From Deltaproteobacteria bacterium (GTDB lineage Bacteria > Desulfobacterota > Desulfobacteria > Desulfobacterales > UBA11574), in the NCBI GenBank assembly GCA_019310125.1, contig JAFDEW010000006.1:1-40647 (forward strand): DNA of 40,647 nt, given 5' to 3'. The position numbers and the translations under genes are program-made. Positions 1 to 12,493 of the stretch are shown here, piece after piece. Positions within the stretch are counted from its first letter, which is position 1. Every line of letters starts with the position of its first letter. The notes below the pieces were generated by a model that searched no databases, was not told where the DNA came from, and was given only the letters and a program-made list of their open reading frames with translations.

Positions 1-73
1 AAGTGTCTTCCTCTGCAACCTATTGCTATTTATGCATTTATTATATTATGATGTCGATTAAAAACGTTGCTCG

Positions 74-208
74 TTATACCGATAAACGGGCTCTCCCTTT
101 AGATCTTCGCCGGTTAATAATCCTTCTCCCCTGTTTGGTTGACATTCTTTTTAAAAACCCGTGTGTTCGTGCACGCTTTATTCTACTTGGTTGATACGTT
201 CTTTTCAT
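74..208 (-). CDS. rpmH: 50S ribosomal protein L34 (44 aa; below the ORF-track size cutoff)
   Basis: Hand translation of the minus strand gives [44 protein letters not shown], the near-universal L34 sequence. AAGGA lies about 8 nt upstream of the ATG at 208. The window ends 73 nt downstream, so rnpA cannot be assessed. Confidence 0.92.
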   Translation of the reverse strand: MKRTYQPSRIKRARTHGFLKRMSTKQGRRIINRRRSKGRARLSV

Positions 209-250
209 ATGTAAAATCCTTAATATAATTCCCAGCCTGGGTAATTGCCC

Positions 251-270
251 AAAAAGAACTAAAGTTCTTT
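251..270 (-). terminator. Weak A/U-rich hairpin plus U-run between rng and rpmH
   Basis: The minus strand reads AAAGAAC-TTTA-GTTCTTT followed by TTGGG. The stem is 7 bp with only 2 G:C pairs, so it is weak. Confidence 0.25.
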
Positions 271-358
271 CCTGCCGATTGAACAGACTGAAGTTAACTT
301 AAAATGTACTATGTAAGCATAAGCTTTTTATATTGTCAAGACCCAAAAACACATTGAA

Positions 359-438
359 CAGGGTAAACGCATTTGATTTCGGTGCAGCGTAGCGACGGCG
401 TGTTCTCCCTGTATTGGGATTCAAATGCGCTTGCCCTG
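359..438. other. Long imperfect hairpin (18-nt arms, 44-nt loop) just downstream of the rng reading frame
   Basis: Arms are cagggtaaacgcatttga (359-376) and tcaaatgcgcttgccctg (421-438). They are complementary at 16 of 18 positions, and one of the two mismatches is a G:U wobble on either strand. Confidence 0.5.
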
Positions 439-549
439 ATATATTGAAAATTAACGCTCTTTTATTCTTTCAGAATTTCTAAAACATCAAATTCTTCCAT
501 ATGAAGTTGTGAATTGGGATATATTACAATCTGTTTTCCAATAATTCGT

Positions 550-1992
550 TCAAGGGAAACAATAAGATGGTTTTCCTCGCCATGAAATTTCCGGATTGAC
601 CCTCAAGCTCACCTTGACGCCCATCATGTCGTGGGATTCACGGAGTATCTCCCTGTATATATTATAACATATGGTCTGCCTTGATATAAGATACCCTTCC
701 CCGTCGCAATAAAAACACGGCTCACATAGAAACTGGGTAATAGGCTTCCTGATTCGTTTTCTTGTCATTTGTATCAGCCCCATCTCTGATATGGGAAGGA
801 CATGGGTTTTACTCCTATCCTTTATAAAAGCCTCTTTTAGCGCATTAAACACTTTCTCCTGATTGGACTTTTTTTCCATATCGATAAAATCGATAATTAT
901 AATGCCCCCGATATCCCGGAGGCGGATCTGATAGGCGATCTCCTTTACGGCCTCCAGATTGGTCTTTAAAATTGTTTCTTCAAGGTTATACTTGCCCACA
1001 AAGCGTCCGGTATTTACATCAATTGCAATAAGCGCCTCGGTATGTTCTATTACGATGTAACCGCCTGATTTTAACCACACCTTCTTTTCCAAAGCACGTG
1101 AAATGTCACCCTCTAAATTATAGGCATCAAAAATCGGTTCCAGACCCTCATAAAACTCCACCGAATCTTTTAAACCGGGAACGAATGACTCAATAAACGA
1201 AAGAATAGACTCATAACCCGAACGGGAATCGATGATAAGTTTTTCAGCTTCGTGCACAAGCAAATCCCGCACAGCGCGAAGGCTAATGGCAACCTCTTTA
1301 TGTAAAAGAGACGGCGCCGGAGATGTCTGGTACTTTTTTTGTATATTTTCCCACAAATTTTTTAAAAAACCCATCTCATATGCAATTTTCTCTTTCCTGA
1401 TATCTTCCGCAGCAGTTCTTGCGATATAACCGAACTTGTCATTACATAAAGATTCAACGATTTCCTTTAACCGATTCCGCTCCGTTTCATCCTCTATTCG
1501 ACGGGATATACCGATATGATCAGATGTTGGCATAAGTACGATAAAGCGGCCGGGAAGAGATATATGTGTTGTTACGCGAGCCCCCTTAGAACCCATAGGG
1601 GCTTTGGCGGCCTGAACCATTATATCCTGACCTTCTGTAATCAAATCCTCTATATGATATTCGTGATTAATAAAGTGCGGGGAAGGGCCGGCGCCATGGA
1701 CACTAATGGAATTATTTTCATCCTCGGTCCCTTCTATCAGCAGGTTTTCAATATCACTATATCTTCCGCCATGTATATCGCGTACATATATAAACGCCGC
1801 CTGCTTAAGTCCAATGTTCACAAAGGCGGCTTGCATACCCGGTAGAACGCGTTGCACCTTGCCCTTGTAAATATTGCCGGCAATATCTGAAACATCTCCA
1901 CGCTCGATAAAAAGTTCCGCTATGTTCCCGTCCTCAAGAAGAGCCACTCGTGTTTCATGTTCTGCTGCATTTATGATTATCTTTTTATACAT
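550..1992 (-). CDS. rng: Ribonuclease G/E family (Rne/Rng), with an apparent frameshift near the 3' end
   Basis: The N-terminus MYKKIIINAAEHETRVALLEDGNIAELFIERGD (S1 domain) begins at the internal ATG at 1992, which has AGGAAA upstream. The 2109 start looks like a spurious extension. The RNase E/G catalytic core is present throughout. The conserved C-terminal tail lies in another frame down to 462 (see findings). Confidence 0.85.
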   Translation of the reverse strand: MYKKIIINAAEHETRVALLEDGNIAELFIERGDVSDIAGNIYKGKVQRVLPGMQAAFVNIGLKQAAFIYVRDIHGGRYSDIENLLIEGTEDENNSISVHGAGPSPHFINHEYHIEDLITEGQDIMVQAAKAPMGSKGARVTTHISLPGRFIVLMPTSDHIGISRRIEDETERNRLKEIVESLCNDKFGYIARTAAEDIRKEKIAYEMGFLKNLWENIQKKYQTSPAPSLLHKEVAISLRAVRDLLVHEAEKLIIDSRSGYESILSFIESFVPGLKDSVEFYEGLEPIFDAYNLEGDISRALEKKVWLKSGGYIVIEHTEALIAIDVNTGRFVGKYNLEETILKTNLEAVKEIAYQIRLRDIGGIIIIDFIDMEKKSNQEKVFNALKEAFIKDRSKTHVLPISEMGLIQMTRKRIRKPITQFLCEPCFYCDGEGYLISRQTICYNIYREILRESHDMMGVKVSLRVNPEISWRGKPSYCFP

Positions 1993-2121
1993 CTTTTTTA
2001 TTTCCTGTGAGAGCGGTATCAATAAAAGTATAATATATCTCAGTGGGTTATGTTGACGCATGGACTTGGCTTCATGAAGTGAAAAAATGAGCCCAATGGT
2101 TTTTTTCAAACGGCTGAAATA

Positions 2122-4623
2122 TTACAGTTTGACGATAGCAGCCTGTTTTATTTCTTCAACGGGTATAAAGAATATTTTTTCAATAACCTCAAAAGGTCGC
2201 ACCGTTCTGCCCGGTTCTTTTTTAAGGGTCATCTTCAGTCTGTTCGAATCCGGCAACTCTATTTTCAAAACCATTTCTTTTAAATCTATATTTTTTGTTT
2301 TCCCTTTTGCTCCGGTTCTAGTAATAATTAACTCTTTTTTGTTTTTAAAACAGATTAAGTCTTTCTCATTAAAAAAACCATCTTTTTTTGTCACAAGATA
2401 GGTTGATGACGACATCGCTTCAAACACAGGCTTTCTTATGGCAAGCTGACTATCCAAGACCTTAAGACCTTTTGGAAGATGTTTATTTATTCGACCGATA
2501 ATACTCTGTGGTTTAACATCGCCTCGTAATGATAAATAAAATTTTTCATTCAGGCTTTCCAAACCCACCGGCAGCGGATCTTCAAATGAAATTTTCGGCT
2601 TCGGGTGAAACCCTTGTGTAAATTTAATGGGTATTCCTGCGCGACTGATGGCTCGCAAAAATATTTTTACCAGTTCAAGGTGCCCAAAATATTTTGCCTC
2701 GCCTTTTTTTGAAAATGAAACCTTGAGGTTTTTATAAAAGGTTTCATTCATATTGTCTGAAATAAATTCTTTTGGGGCCATTTTTTCATAGTTTTCAAAC
2801 ACCTTGGGCCCAATATTTTCAAAGTCACAAACCCCGCAATTGTTACAGTCGCCCCTGCGACAGTCAACCGTAAATTCACCTTGTTCGGCTTTTTTTAATT
2901 CGCCTTTTAAAAAATCTTTTGTAACCCTTGTATCAATGTAATCCCAGGGCAAAGGTTCCTTCGTATCCCTGACCCGTGTGGTATAGAAATCCATATCCAC
3001 ACCCTCGTCGCATAACGCGTCTTGCCATAACCGGAACTTAAACCTGTCGCTCCAGCCGTCAAATTTACACCCCTTCCCATATGCTTTCTGCAACAACCGG
3101 CCAAGGCGCCTGTCACCACGGGCCCAAAGCCCTTCAAGTATGCTGACCTCAGGGCTTTGCCATTTAAAATGAACCCCGGACATCTTAAGGCTCTTTTGTA
3201 ACCATCGAATCTTCTGCTTTGAATCGGCCAAGGAAATCTGTGAAGACCACTGAAAAGGCGTGTGGGATTTTGGGATAAATGTTGCCACACTTACATTGAG
3301 TTTACCCCTTGGGCCCTTGGGCCCTTTGATCTTACGCAGCTTTTTTACAAGATCAACAATGGCCTGCAAATCATCATGGGTTTCCGTGGGAAGACCGATC
3401 ATAAAATAGAGTTTTATCACCTGCCAGCCAAGACCAAAAGCATTTTTGACCGTATTTTCAATGTCTTCTTGCGTTATATTTTTATTAATAACATCCCGGA
3501 GCCGCTGGCTGCCGGCTTCCGGTGCTATGGTAAACCCTGTCTTCCGGACCTTTTTGACAAGCTGCATAAGTTCCGGTGTTAATGTGCCGACACGTAGTGA
3601 CGGCAATGAAACCGCTATTCGGCGGGACATGTAACGGTTCATCAAACATTCCATGAGCGGAAATATACCTTCATAATCCCCTGTGCTTAAGGATAAAAGA
3701 GAGATGTCCTCATACCCGGTCGAAGCAATACAGGCTTCGGAAAGAGCCAGCAGTGTCTCTAAGGATCGTTCGCGAACCGGTCGATAGATCATTCCGGCCT
3801 GACAGAATCTGCACCCCCTGGTGCATCCCCGAGATATTTCAATCCGAAGACGATCATGCACGGGTTTTCCATATGGAATGATGGGCGCATCCGGAAACGG
3901 GGCATGGTCAAGATCATTTACAACCGCTCTTTTAACCGTCTTATGGTCAGCAAACTCGGGAACAAGGGTCTGGAAACCGTTTTCATCATAGTTGGGTTTA
4001 AAAAACGAGGGAATATATACACCTTCAATATGGGACCAGTTTCTCAAAAGCGTTTTTTTATCGCGCTTGCCCCTCGCTTTCCATGTAAGCCAGGCTTGGG
4101 ACATCTCTATGATCACGTTTTCCCCGTCTCCTACCACAATGGCATCAAAAAAATCCGCCACCGGCTCCGGATTGCAAGTGCATGGTCCTCCTGCAATAAC
4201 AAAGGGGTGTGAATCGTCTCTTTGTCTCGTAAAAAACGGTATATGTGCCAACTCAAGTATGTTAAGTATATTGGTATAGTTAAGCTCATAAAGCAAACTG
4301 AAACCGATGATATCAAACCGGTTAATTGGCTTATGAGATTCCAGGGACATCATCGGGATGCCGGAGGATCTGAGGTGGCTTTCCATGTCCTCCCCGGGAG
4401 CAAAAACCCGTTCCGCAGCAATCTCACGGTGACGGTTAAGAATATGATAAAGGATCTGAAGACCAAAATGCGAGGTGCCGATTTCATAGAGGTCCGGAAA
4501 AGCAAGCGCAACGCACAGATTGACCTTGCTATGATCTTTTTTAATCGTGTTTATTTCCGAGCCTAAGTACCTGCTGGGTTGCTCTACCAGCGGCAAGATG
4601 TCTTGAATGATTTTTATGCTCAT
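2122..4623 (-). CDS. B12-binding-domain radical SAM protein (TIGR03960-like) fused to a radical-SAM-linked DUF2344/TIGR03936-like domain
   Basis: SRGCTRGCRFCQAG carries the CxxxCxxC motif. The N-terminus MSIKIIQDILPLVEQPSRYLG is typical of this family (start at 4623). The C-terminal third, GEAKYFGHLELVKIFLRAISRAGIPIKFTQGFHPKPKISF, is typical of DUF2344. Confidence 0.78.
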   Translation of the reverse strand: MSIKIIQDILPLVEQPSRYLGSEINTIKKDHSKVNLCVALAFPDLYEIGTSHFGLQILYHILNRHREIAAERVFAPGEDMESHLRSSGIPMMSLESHKPINRFDIIGFSLLYELNYTNILNILELAHIPFFTRQRDDSHPFVIAGGPCTCNPEPVADFFDAIVVGDGENVIIEMSQAWLTWKARGKRDKKTLLRNWSHIEGVYIPSFFKPNYDENGFQTLVPEFADHKTVKRAVVNDLDHAPFPDAPIIPYGKPVHDRLRIEISRGCTRGCRFCQAGMIYRPVRERSLETLLALSEACIASTGYEDISLLSLSTGDYEGIFPLMECLMNRYMSRRIAVSLPSLRVGTLTPELMQLVKKVRKTGFTIAPEAGSQRLRDVINKNITQEDIENTVKNAFGLGWQVIKLYFMIGLPTETHDDLQAIVDLVKKLRKIKGPKGPRGKLNVSVATFIPKSHTPFQWSSQISLADSKQKIRWLQKSLKMSGVHFKWQSPEVSILEGLWARGDRRLGRLLQKAYGKGCKFDGWSDRFKFRLWQDALCDEGVDMDFYTTRVRDTKEPLPWDYIDTRVTKDFLKGELKKAEQGEFTVDCRRGDCNNCGVCDFENIGPKVFENYEKMAPKEFISDNMNETFYKNLKVSFSKKGEAKYFGHLELVKIFLRAISRAGIPIKFTQGFHPKPKISFEDPLPVGLESLNEKFYLSLRGDVKPQSIIGRINKHLPKGLKVLDSQLAIRKPVFEAMSSSTYLVTKKDGFFNEKDLICFKNKKELIITRTGAKGKTKNIDLKEMVLKIELPDSNRLKMTLKKEPGRTVRPFEVIEKIFFIPVEEIKQAAIVKL

Positions 4624-4736
4624 GATATATGGTTTTGATGGTTCACGGTTGTAATCGGTCGGTTCGTTGAGACAAATCAGTTTCAAACCTGCCTCGAGTA
4701 TAATAAAATTTTTATATCAGTATAACGGTGTGTAAC

Positions 4737-6146
4737 ATGACAAAAATAAAAACACAAAGCAAACGCTTCGTTTCAGCGTTTGTCTTTCTTGTTTTTTTTA
4801 TTATATTTCTTGTTAAGCTCCCGGACGGCGTTGGGTCCGATAACCTGCGGGAGAGCGCTGTTGTAATCGCCGTTAAAAAAGTCAGTCCTGTTGTGGTTAA
4901 CATAAGTTCGGAGTTCGAGGTTCGCAAGCGGGTAAATCCTTTTTCCGGATTGGGCATGGATCCTTCTTTCGAAAATTTTTTTAATGACTTTTTTGACCCC
5001 GGATTTGGACGCCGATACAAACGAACCAGCTTGGGATCCGGCGTCATTATCGATGGAAAACGGGGGTTTATCCTGACCAACAAACACGTTATCTTAAAGA
5101 GCAAAACCATTACGGTTGCACTTAAAGACGGACGAGAATTCACGGCACAGATTGTTGGAGCCGATTCCGACTCTGATCTGGCGGTACTGCGTATTTCTTC
5201 CCCAACAGCTCTGCCTGACATCACAATGGGCGATTCCAGCAATCTGATGATCGGCGAAACCGTAATCGCTATCGGCAACCCGTTCGGCTTTTCCAATACT
5301 GTAACCACCGGTGTTATCAGCGCTACAAACAGGAGCGTTAGGACCGATGACATGGTCTACCATGATTTTATACAGACCGATGCTTCAATCAACCCGGGCA
5401 ATAGCGGAGGCCCCCTGCTGAACATAAACGGAGAGCTTGTCGGTATAAATACCGCCATATATGCCAAGGCTCATGGCATCGGCTTTGCCATACCCATAAA
5501 TACCGCCAAAAGAATCATCTCCGACCTTATAAGATACGGAGAAGTTATACCGGCATGGATCGGTATCACCATACAGGATATTAACGAAGACCTTGCACGG
5601 TATCTAAGCGCATCGGCCATCAATGGCGTCCTGGTCAAAAAAGCGGAAATCGCCGGACCCGCCCGTAAAGCCGGTATCCGTGAAGGTGATATTATTCTTT
5701 CAATTAATACCAGCGACATTGCTTCTGAAAAAGATTTCCATAGAGCGATGCTCGCTCTTTCTGCCGGAGAAAAAATTGATATGACGGTCTGGCGGGAGGG
5801 CAAAACCAAAACGGTTTCAGTAAAAACATCGACATTCCCCAAAGAACTGGCTCTGGATCTAGCTTACGACCTTCTGGGGATTTCTGTTGAAAATCTTACA
5901 ACAAAAAACCGTTACACCTATAAAGCGTTGGCAAAACAAGGCGTGCTGATTTCAGATGTTAATCGACAATCTTTTCTGGCTCATATCGGCGCAAAACCCG
6001 GAGACGTTATACGACGAATAGACGATATTCCCATTAAAAACATTAAAGACTTTGAGCAGGCCATCATAAAATACCGCCAAAAAAATTCTCTGGTAATCGT
6101 TTTACAGCGAGGAGATCAACTCTATAATATAACTGTAAAATTATAA
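4737..6146 (+). CDS. htrA: Periplasmic serine endoprotease, DegP/DegQ/HtrA family, with two PDZ domains
   Basis: A signal-anchor sits at the N-terminus. The trypsin-like triad context is LTNKHV, DSDLAVLRI and GNSGGPLLN. Two PDZ-like segments follow. The ATG at 4737 is preferred over the GTG at 4728. Confidence 0.85.
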   Translation: MTKIKTQSKRFVSAFVFLVFFIIFLVKLPDGVGSDNLRESAVVIAVKKVSPVVVNISSEFEVRKRVNPFSGLGMDPSFENFFNDFFDPGFGRRYKRTSLGSGVIIDGKRGFILTNKHVILKSKTITVALKDGREFTAQIVGADSDSDLAVLRISSPTALPDITMGDSSNLMIGETVIAIGNPFGFSNTVTTGVISATNRSVRTDDMVYHDFIQTDASINPGNSGGPLLNINGELVGINTAIYAKAHGIGFAIPINTAKRIISDLIRYGEVIPAWIGITIQDINEDLARYLSASAINGVLVKKAEIAGPARKAGIREGDIILSINTSDIASEKDFHRAMLALSAGEKIDMTVWREGKTKTVSVKTSTFPKELALDLAYDLLGISVENLTTKNRYTYKALAKQGVLISDVNRQSFLAHIGAKPGDVIRRIDDIPIKNIKDFEQAIIKYRQKNSLVIVLQRGDQLYNITVKL

Positions 6147-6279
6147 ACACAACTCTCGTTTTCTAATATGAAAAATGGGCCTCGTTTTTAGACAAAGACA
6201 TTTTATTTAAAGCAAAACAAGGTGCCGAATAATGCTGTTTTTCAGATAGTAACTACCACGCCTGAAAGAGAGATTATAA

Positions 6280-7662
6280 ATGAAACGTACTAAAATAGTT
6301 AAGCTGTTACAATCGGAAATCCCGGCAACTCATGTTCTTATAAAAGGATGGGTTCGAACCCGTCGAGATTCAAAAGGTTTTTCTTTTATCGAAGTCAACG
6401 ACGGATCCTGCCTCAAGAACATTCAGATCCTTACCAATAGCTCATTAAGTAATTACCCGGACATCTTAAGGCTCTCGACAGGATCTGCAGTAATTATCAG
6501 CGGTAATTTGGTGGAATCCATGGGGTCCGGACAAAAATGGGAGATCCTGGCGGATCGGGTTGAAATTGTCAGTTTTGCCCCTGAATCCTATCCCTTGCAG
6601 AAAAAACGCCATACGGACGAGTTTTTAAGAACCATTGCCCATTTAAGACCCAGGACCAACAAATACGGCGCCGCATTTAGGATAAGATCCGAGCTTTCAT
6701 ATGCCATCCATAAATTTTTCAGGGACAGAGGTTTCAAATATATTCATTCCCCCATCATAACCGGTTCCGATTGTGAAGGCGCCGGCGAATTGTTCCGGGT
6801 AACAACCCTAACTCTGGAAAATCTCCCTAAAAAAGACAGCCGGGTTGACTATGCACAGGATTTTTTTGGATCCCAAGCAAACCTGACGGTCTCCGGGCAG
6901 TTGTCCGCCGAAATGTTTGCCCTGGCGTTGGGAGATGTCTATACCTTCGGCCCAACGTTTAGGGCTGAAAATTCTCATACCAGCCGGCATGTTGCCGAGT
7001 TCTGGATGGTGGAACCGGAGATGGCGTTCTGCAACCTTGAAGAAACCATGGATCTTGCCGAAGAAATGATAAAATATTTAACCCGTTTTATACTCAAAGA
7101 AAACATGGAAGATCTTGAACTTTTTGCAAATTTTGTAGATAAAAATTTGATAAAAACCCTTGACTCCGTGGCGTCGTCCAGTTTTAACCGCCTGTCGTAT
7201 GCCTCAGCTGTAGAAATATTAAAAAAATCCCGGATAAAATTTGAATATGATATCGATTTTGGAAAAGATCTACAAACCGAACATGAACGTTATCTCACGG
7301 AACAACACTTTAAAAATCCTGTGATCGTCTATGATTATCCTAAAAATATAAAACCATTTTACATGCGCGTAAACGACGACGACAAGACCGTTTCTGCCAT
7401 GGATGTTCTGGTACCGAAAATTGGAGAAATTATCGGGGGAAGCCAGCGCGAAGAACGATTAGACATGCTGGAAAAACGAATGGACGAAGCAAGAATGCCT
7501 AAAGACGATTACTGGTGGTACCTGGACTCCCGCCGGTTCGGAAGCGTGGAGCACAGTGGTTTCGGTCTGGGATTCGAACGACTGATTATGTTTATGACCG
7601 GAATTTCCAACATCAGGGATGTCATCCCTTTTCCAAGAACGCCGAACAATATTGAATTTTGA
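6280..7662 (+). CDS. asnS: Asparagine--tRNA ligase
   Basis: It has an N-terminal OB fold (IKGWVRTRRDSKGFSFIEVNDGS) and class II motifs including FRAENSHTSRHVAEFWMVEPE and GFGLGFERL. The 460-aa length fits the family. Confidence 0.9.
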   Translation: MKRTKIVKLLQSEIPATHVLIKGWVRTRRDSKGFSFIEVNDGSCLKNIQILTNSSLSNYPDILRLSTGSAVIISGNLVESMGSGQKWEILADRVEIVSFAPESYPLQKKRHTDEFLRTIAHLRPRTNKYGAAFRIRSELSYAIHKFFRDRGFKYIHSPIITGSDCEGAGELFRVTTLTLENLPKKDSRVDYAQDFFGSQANLTVSGQLSAEMFALALGDVYTFGPTFRAENSHTSRHVAEFWMVEPEMAFCNLEETMDLAEEMIKYLTRFILKENMEDLELFANFVDKNLIKTLDSVASSSFNRLSYASAVEILKKSRIKFEYDIDFGKDLQTEHERYLTEQHFKNPVIVYDYPKNIKPFYMRVNDDDKTVSAMDVLVPKIGEIIGGSQREERLDMLEKRMDEARMPKDDYWWYLDSRRFGSVEHSGFGLGFERLIMFMTGISNIRDVIPFPRTPNNIEF

Positions 7663-7695
7663 CTCAGCGGGTTTTTGCCGTTGTCCGCTTGAATT

Positions 7696-8487
7696 TTAGG
7701 TTTTCATACACCTTAATTTTGCAAGATCTTCGGCATAGCCGTATAAGTGTAGCCCCTTGCTTTCAACAATCATTTCACCGTCTTTCACACCGATTTGCCC
7801 GGCCATATAGTTTTTAAGATTCTGAATACCGGCCAGATTTGCCGGAAGTCCTCCCCATAAATCCCATGATCGAAAATATATAATAAAATGAAGGGAGTCA
7901 TCCTGTATTCGTGTATCAATAGATCTCAGGCAAGGGGGGTCTAAAAGCGTAAGATCAGACGGGTGAGCAACCTGTAATACCATTTGGTTATTCCTGCTCC
8001 CGTATGCTTTATATGTCTGAATAATCCACTCGATCTGGTTTAGATACAGCTTCCCGTTTTCTTCAAAAACAGCCTGGCCGTCAACCTGTCTTTTATCTAT
8101 TATTTCAGTATGTCCCTGTTCCCACCATGCAAGCTTATCACCGGTAAGAGGGGCTTTTGTTAATCTTTCACCATAAGTATAAGATTCGCCGGGCTCTTTT
8201 TGCCCGGTCATCAAATACTCAATGTATGATCGTTGATACCCCTCCCCACCAAAAACATAATCATACTCCACTGGATTAGGAATTCCACATGCGGGAGGAA
8301 TATCCGGTAAAATCGGTTCCGAATATGGGTGTATGACATGACCCAAAAAATAATCATATTCAAGTCTTGTCTGCCCGGCATAACTGCCTCTATCTATTTT
8401 AAACCGTCGTCCATGATCGAGAATATCATGAACGGCCTGAAACCAAAGGTCCGGTAAATCTCTTGCTTTAATCTTATGAATATACAC
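7696..8487 (-). CDS. Divergent thymidylate synthase (ThyA-fold) family protein, archaeal/methanogen-like
   Basis: DPPCLRS resembles the ThyA catalytic-Cys motif LPPCH. YFRSWDLWGGLPANLAGI resembles QRS.D..LG.PFNIASY, with the Asn retained. The start codon is GTG. The rest of the protein is too diverged for me to align by eye. Confidence 0.55.
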   Translation of the reverse strand: MYIHKIKARDLPDLWFQAVHDILDHGRRFKIDRGSYAGQTRLEYDYFLGHVIHPYSEPILPDIPPACGIPNPVEYDYVFGGEGYQRSYIEYLMTGQKEPGESYTYGERLTKAPLTGDKLAWWEQGHTEIIDKRQVDGQAVFEENGKLYLNQIEWIIQTYKAYGSRNNQMVLQVAHPSDLTLLDPPCLRSIDTRIQDDSLHFIIYFRSWDLWGGLPANLAGIQNLKNYMAGQIGVKDGEMIVESKGLHLYGYAEDLAKLRCMKT

Positions 8488-8566
8488 GGTTATATTTTTT
8501 TATATAATGGTGACGATTCTTTGTTTGGATAGAAAAATCATCGATCAAAAAAATTTAATCCATATC

Positions 8567-12125
<3,559 letters not shown>

Positions 12126-12386
12126 TATTAGTTCCTTTTAATATTTTATAATATGTTATTAGTAATATTAAAGGCTGTTAATAAGTATAATAACTTTTGA
12201 ACCTGTTTATTTGATAGTAAAAATTTAATAAAATTATAAAAAAAAAGACTATAAAAAAAATATAAAACTAATGAGTTTTAAAGAGATCAAAAATAATTGT
12301 TAATAACTAATAAGTTATTAAAAAGATATATTTTAAAATACCCAAAATTTGATTGTTTGCTAAAAACTGATATTTTTGATAGTGTA

Positions 12387-12410
12387 TTATATACTATATA
12401 TAGTATATAA
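12387..12410. repeat. Perfect 24-bp AT palindrome
   Basis: ttatatactata|tatagtatataa is self-complementary around the 12398/12399 centre. Confidence 0.95.
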
Positions 12411-12471
12411 CTTATTATATATATACTGTTTATAATTTTTACACAAGAGTTTTTATGGAATATGGATGCAA

Positions 12472-12493
12472 GTTTTTACGAATTCGTAAAAAC
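12472..12493. repeat. Perfect 22-bp palindrome built from the terminal-repeat core of the 144-bp repeat family
   Basis: The sequence is gtttttacgaa|ttcgtaaaaac. Each half matches the element ends ctttttacgaa / ttcgtaaaaag at 26654-26797 and 32117-32260. Confidence 0.9.

Noticed and set aside
3-194. 63-aa + strand ORF at the window start
   Set aside because: It is antisense to rpmH, whose translation is an unmistakable L34.
4712-5353. 213-aa minus-strand ORF, plus 4773-5087 and 5094-5363
   Set aside because: These are antisense to the htrA/degQ-like protease, whose catalytic triad and PDZ domains validate the + frame.
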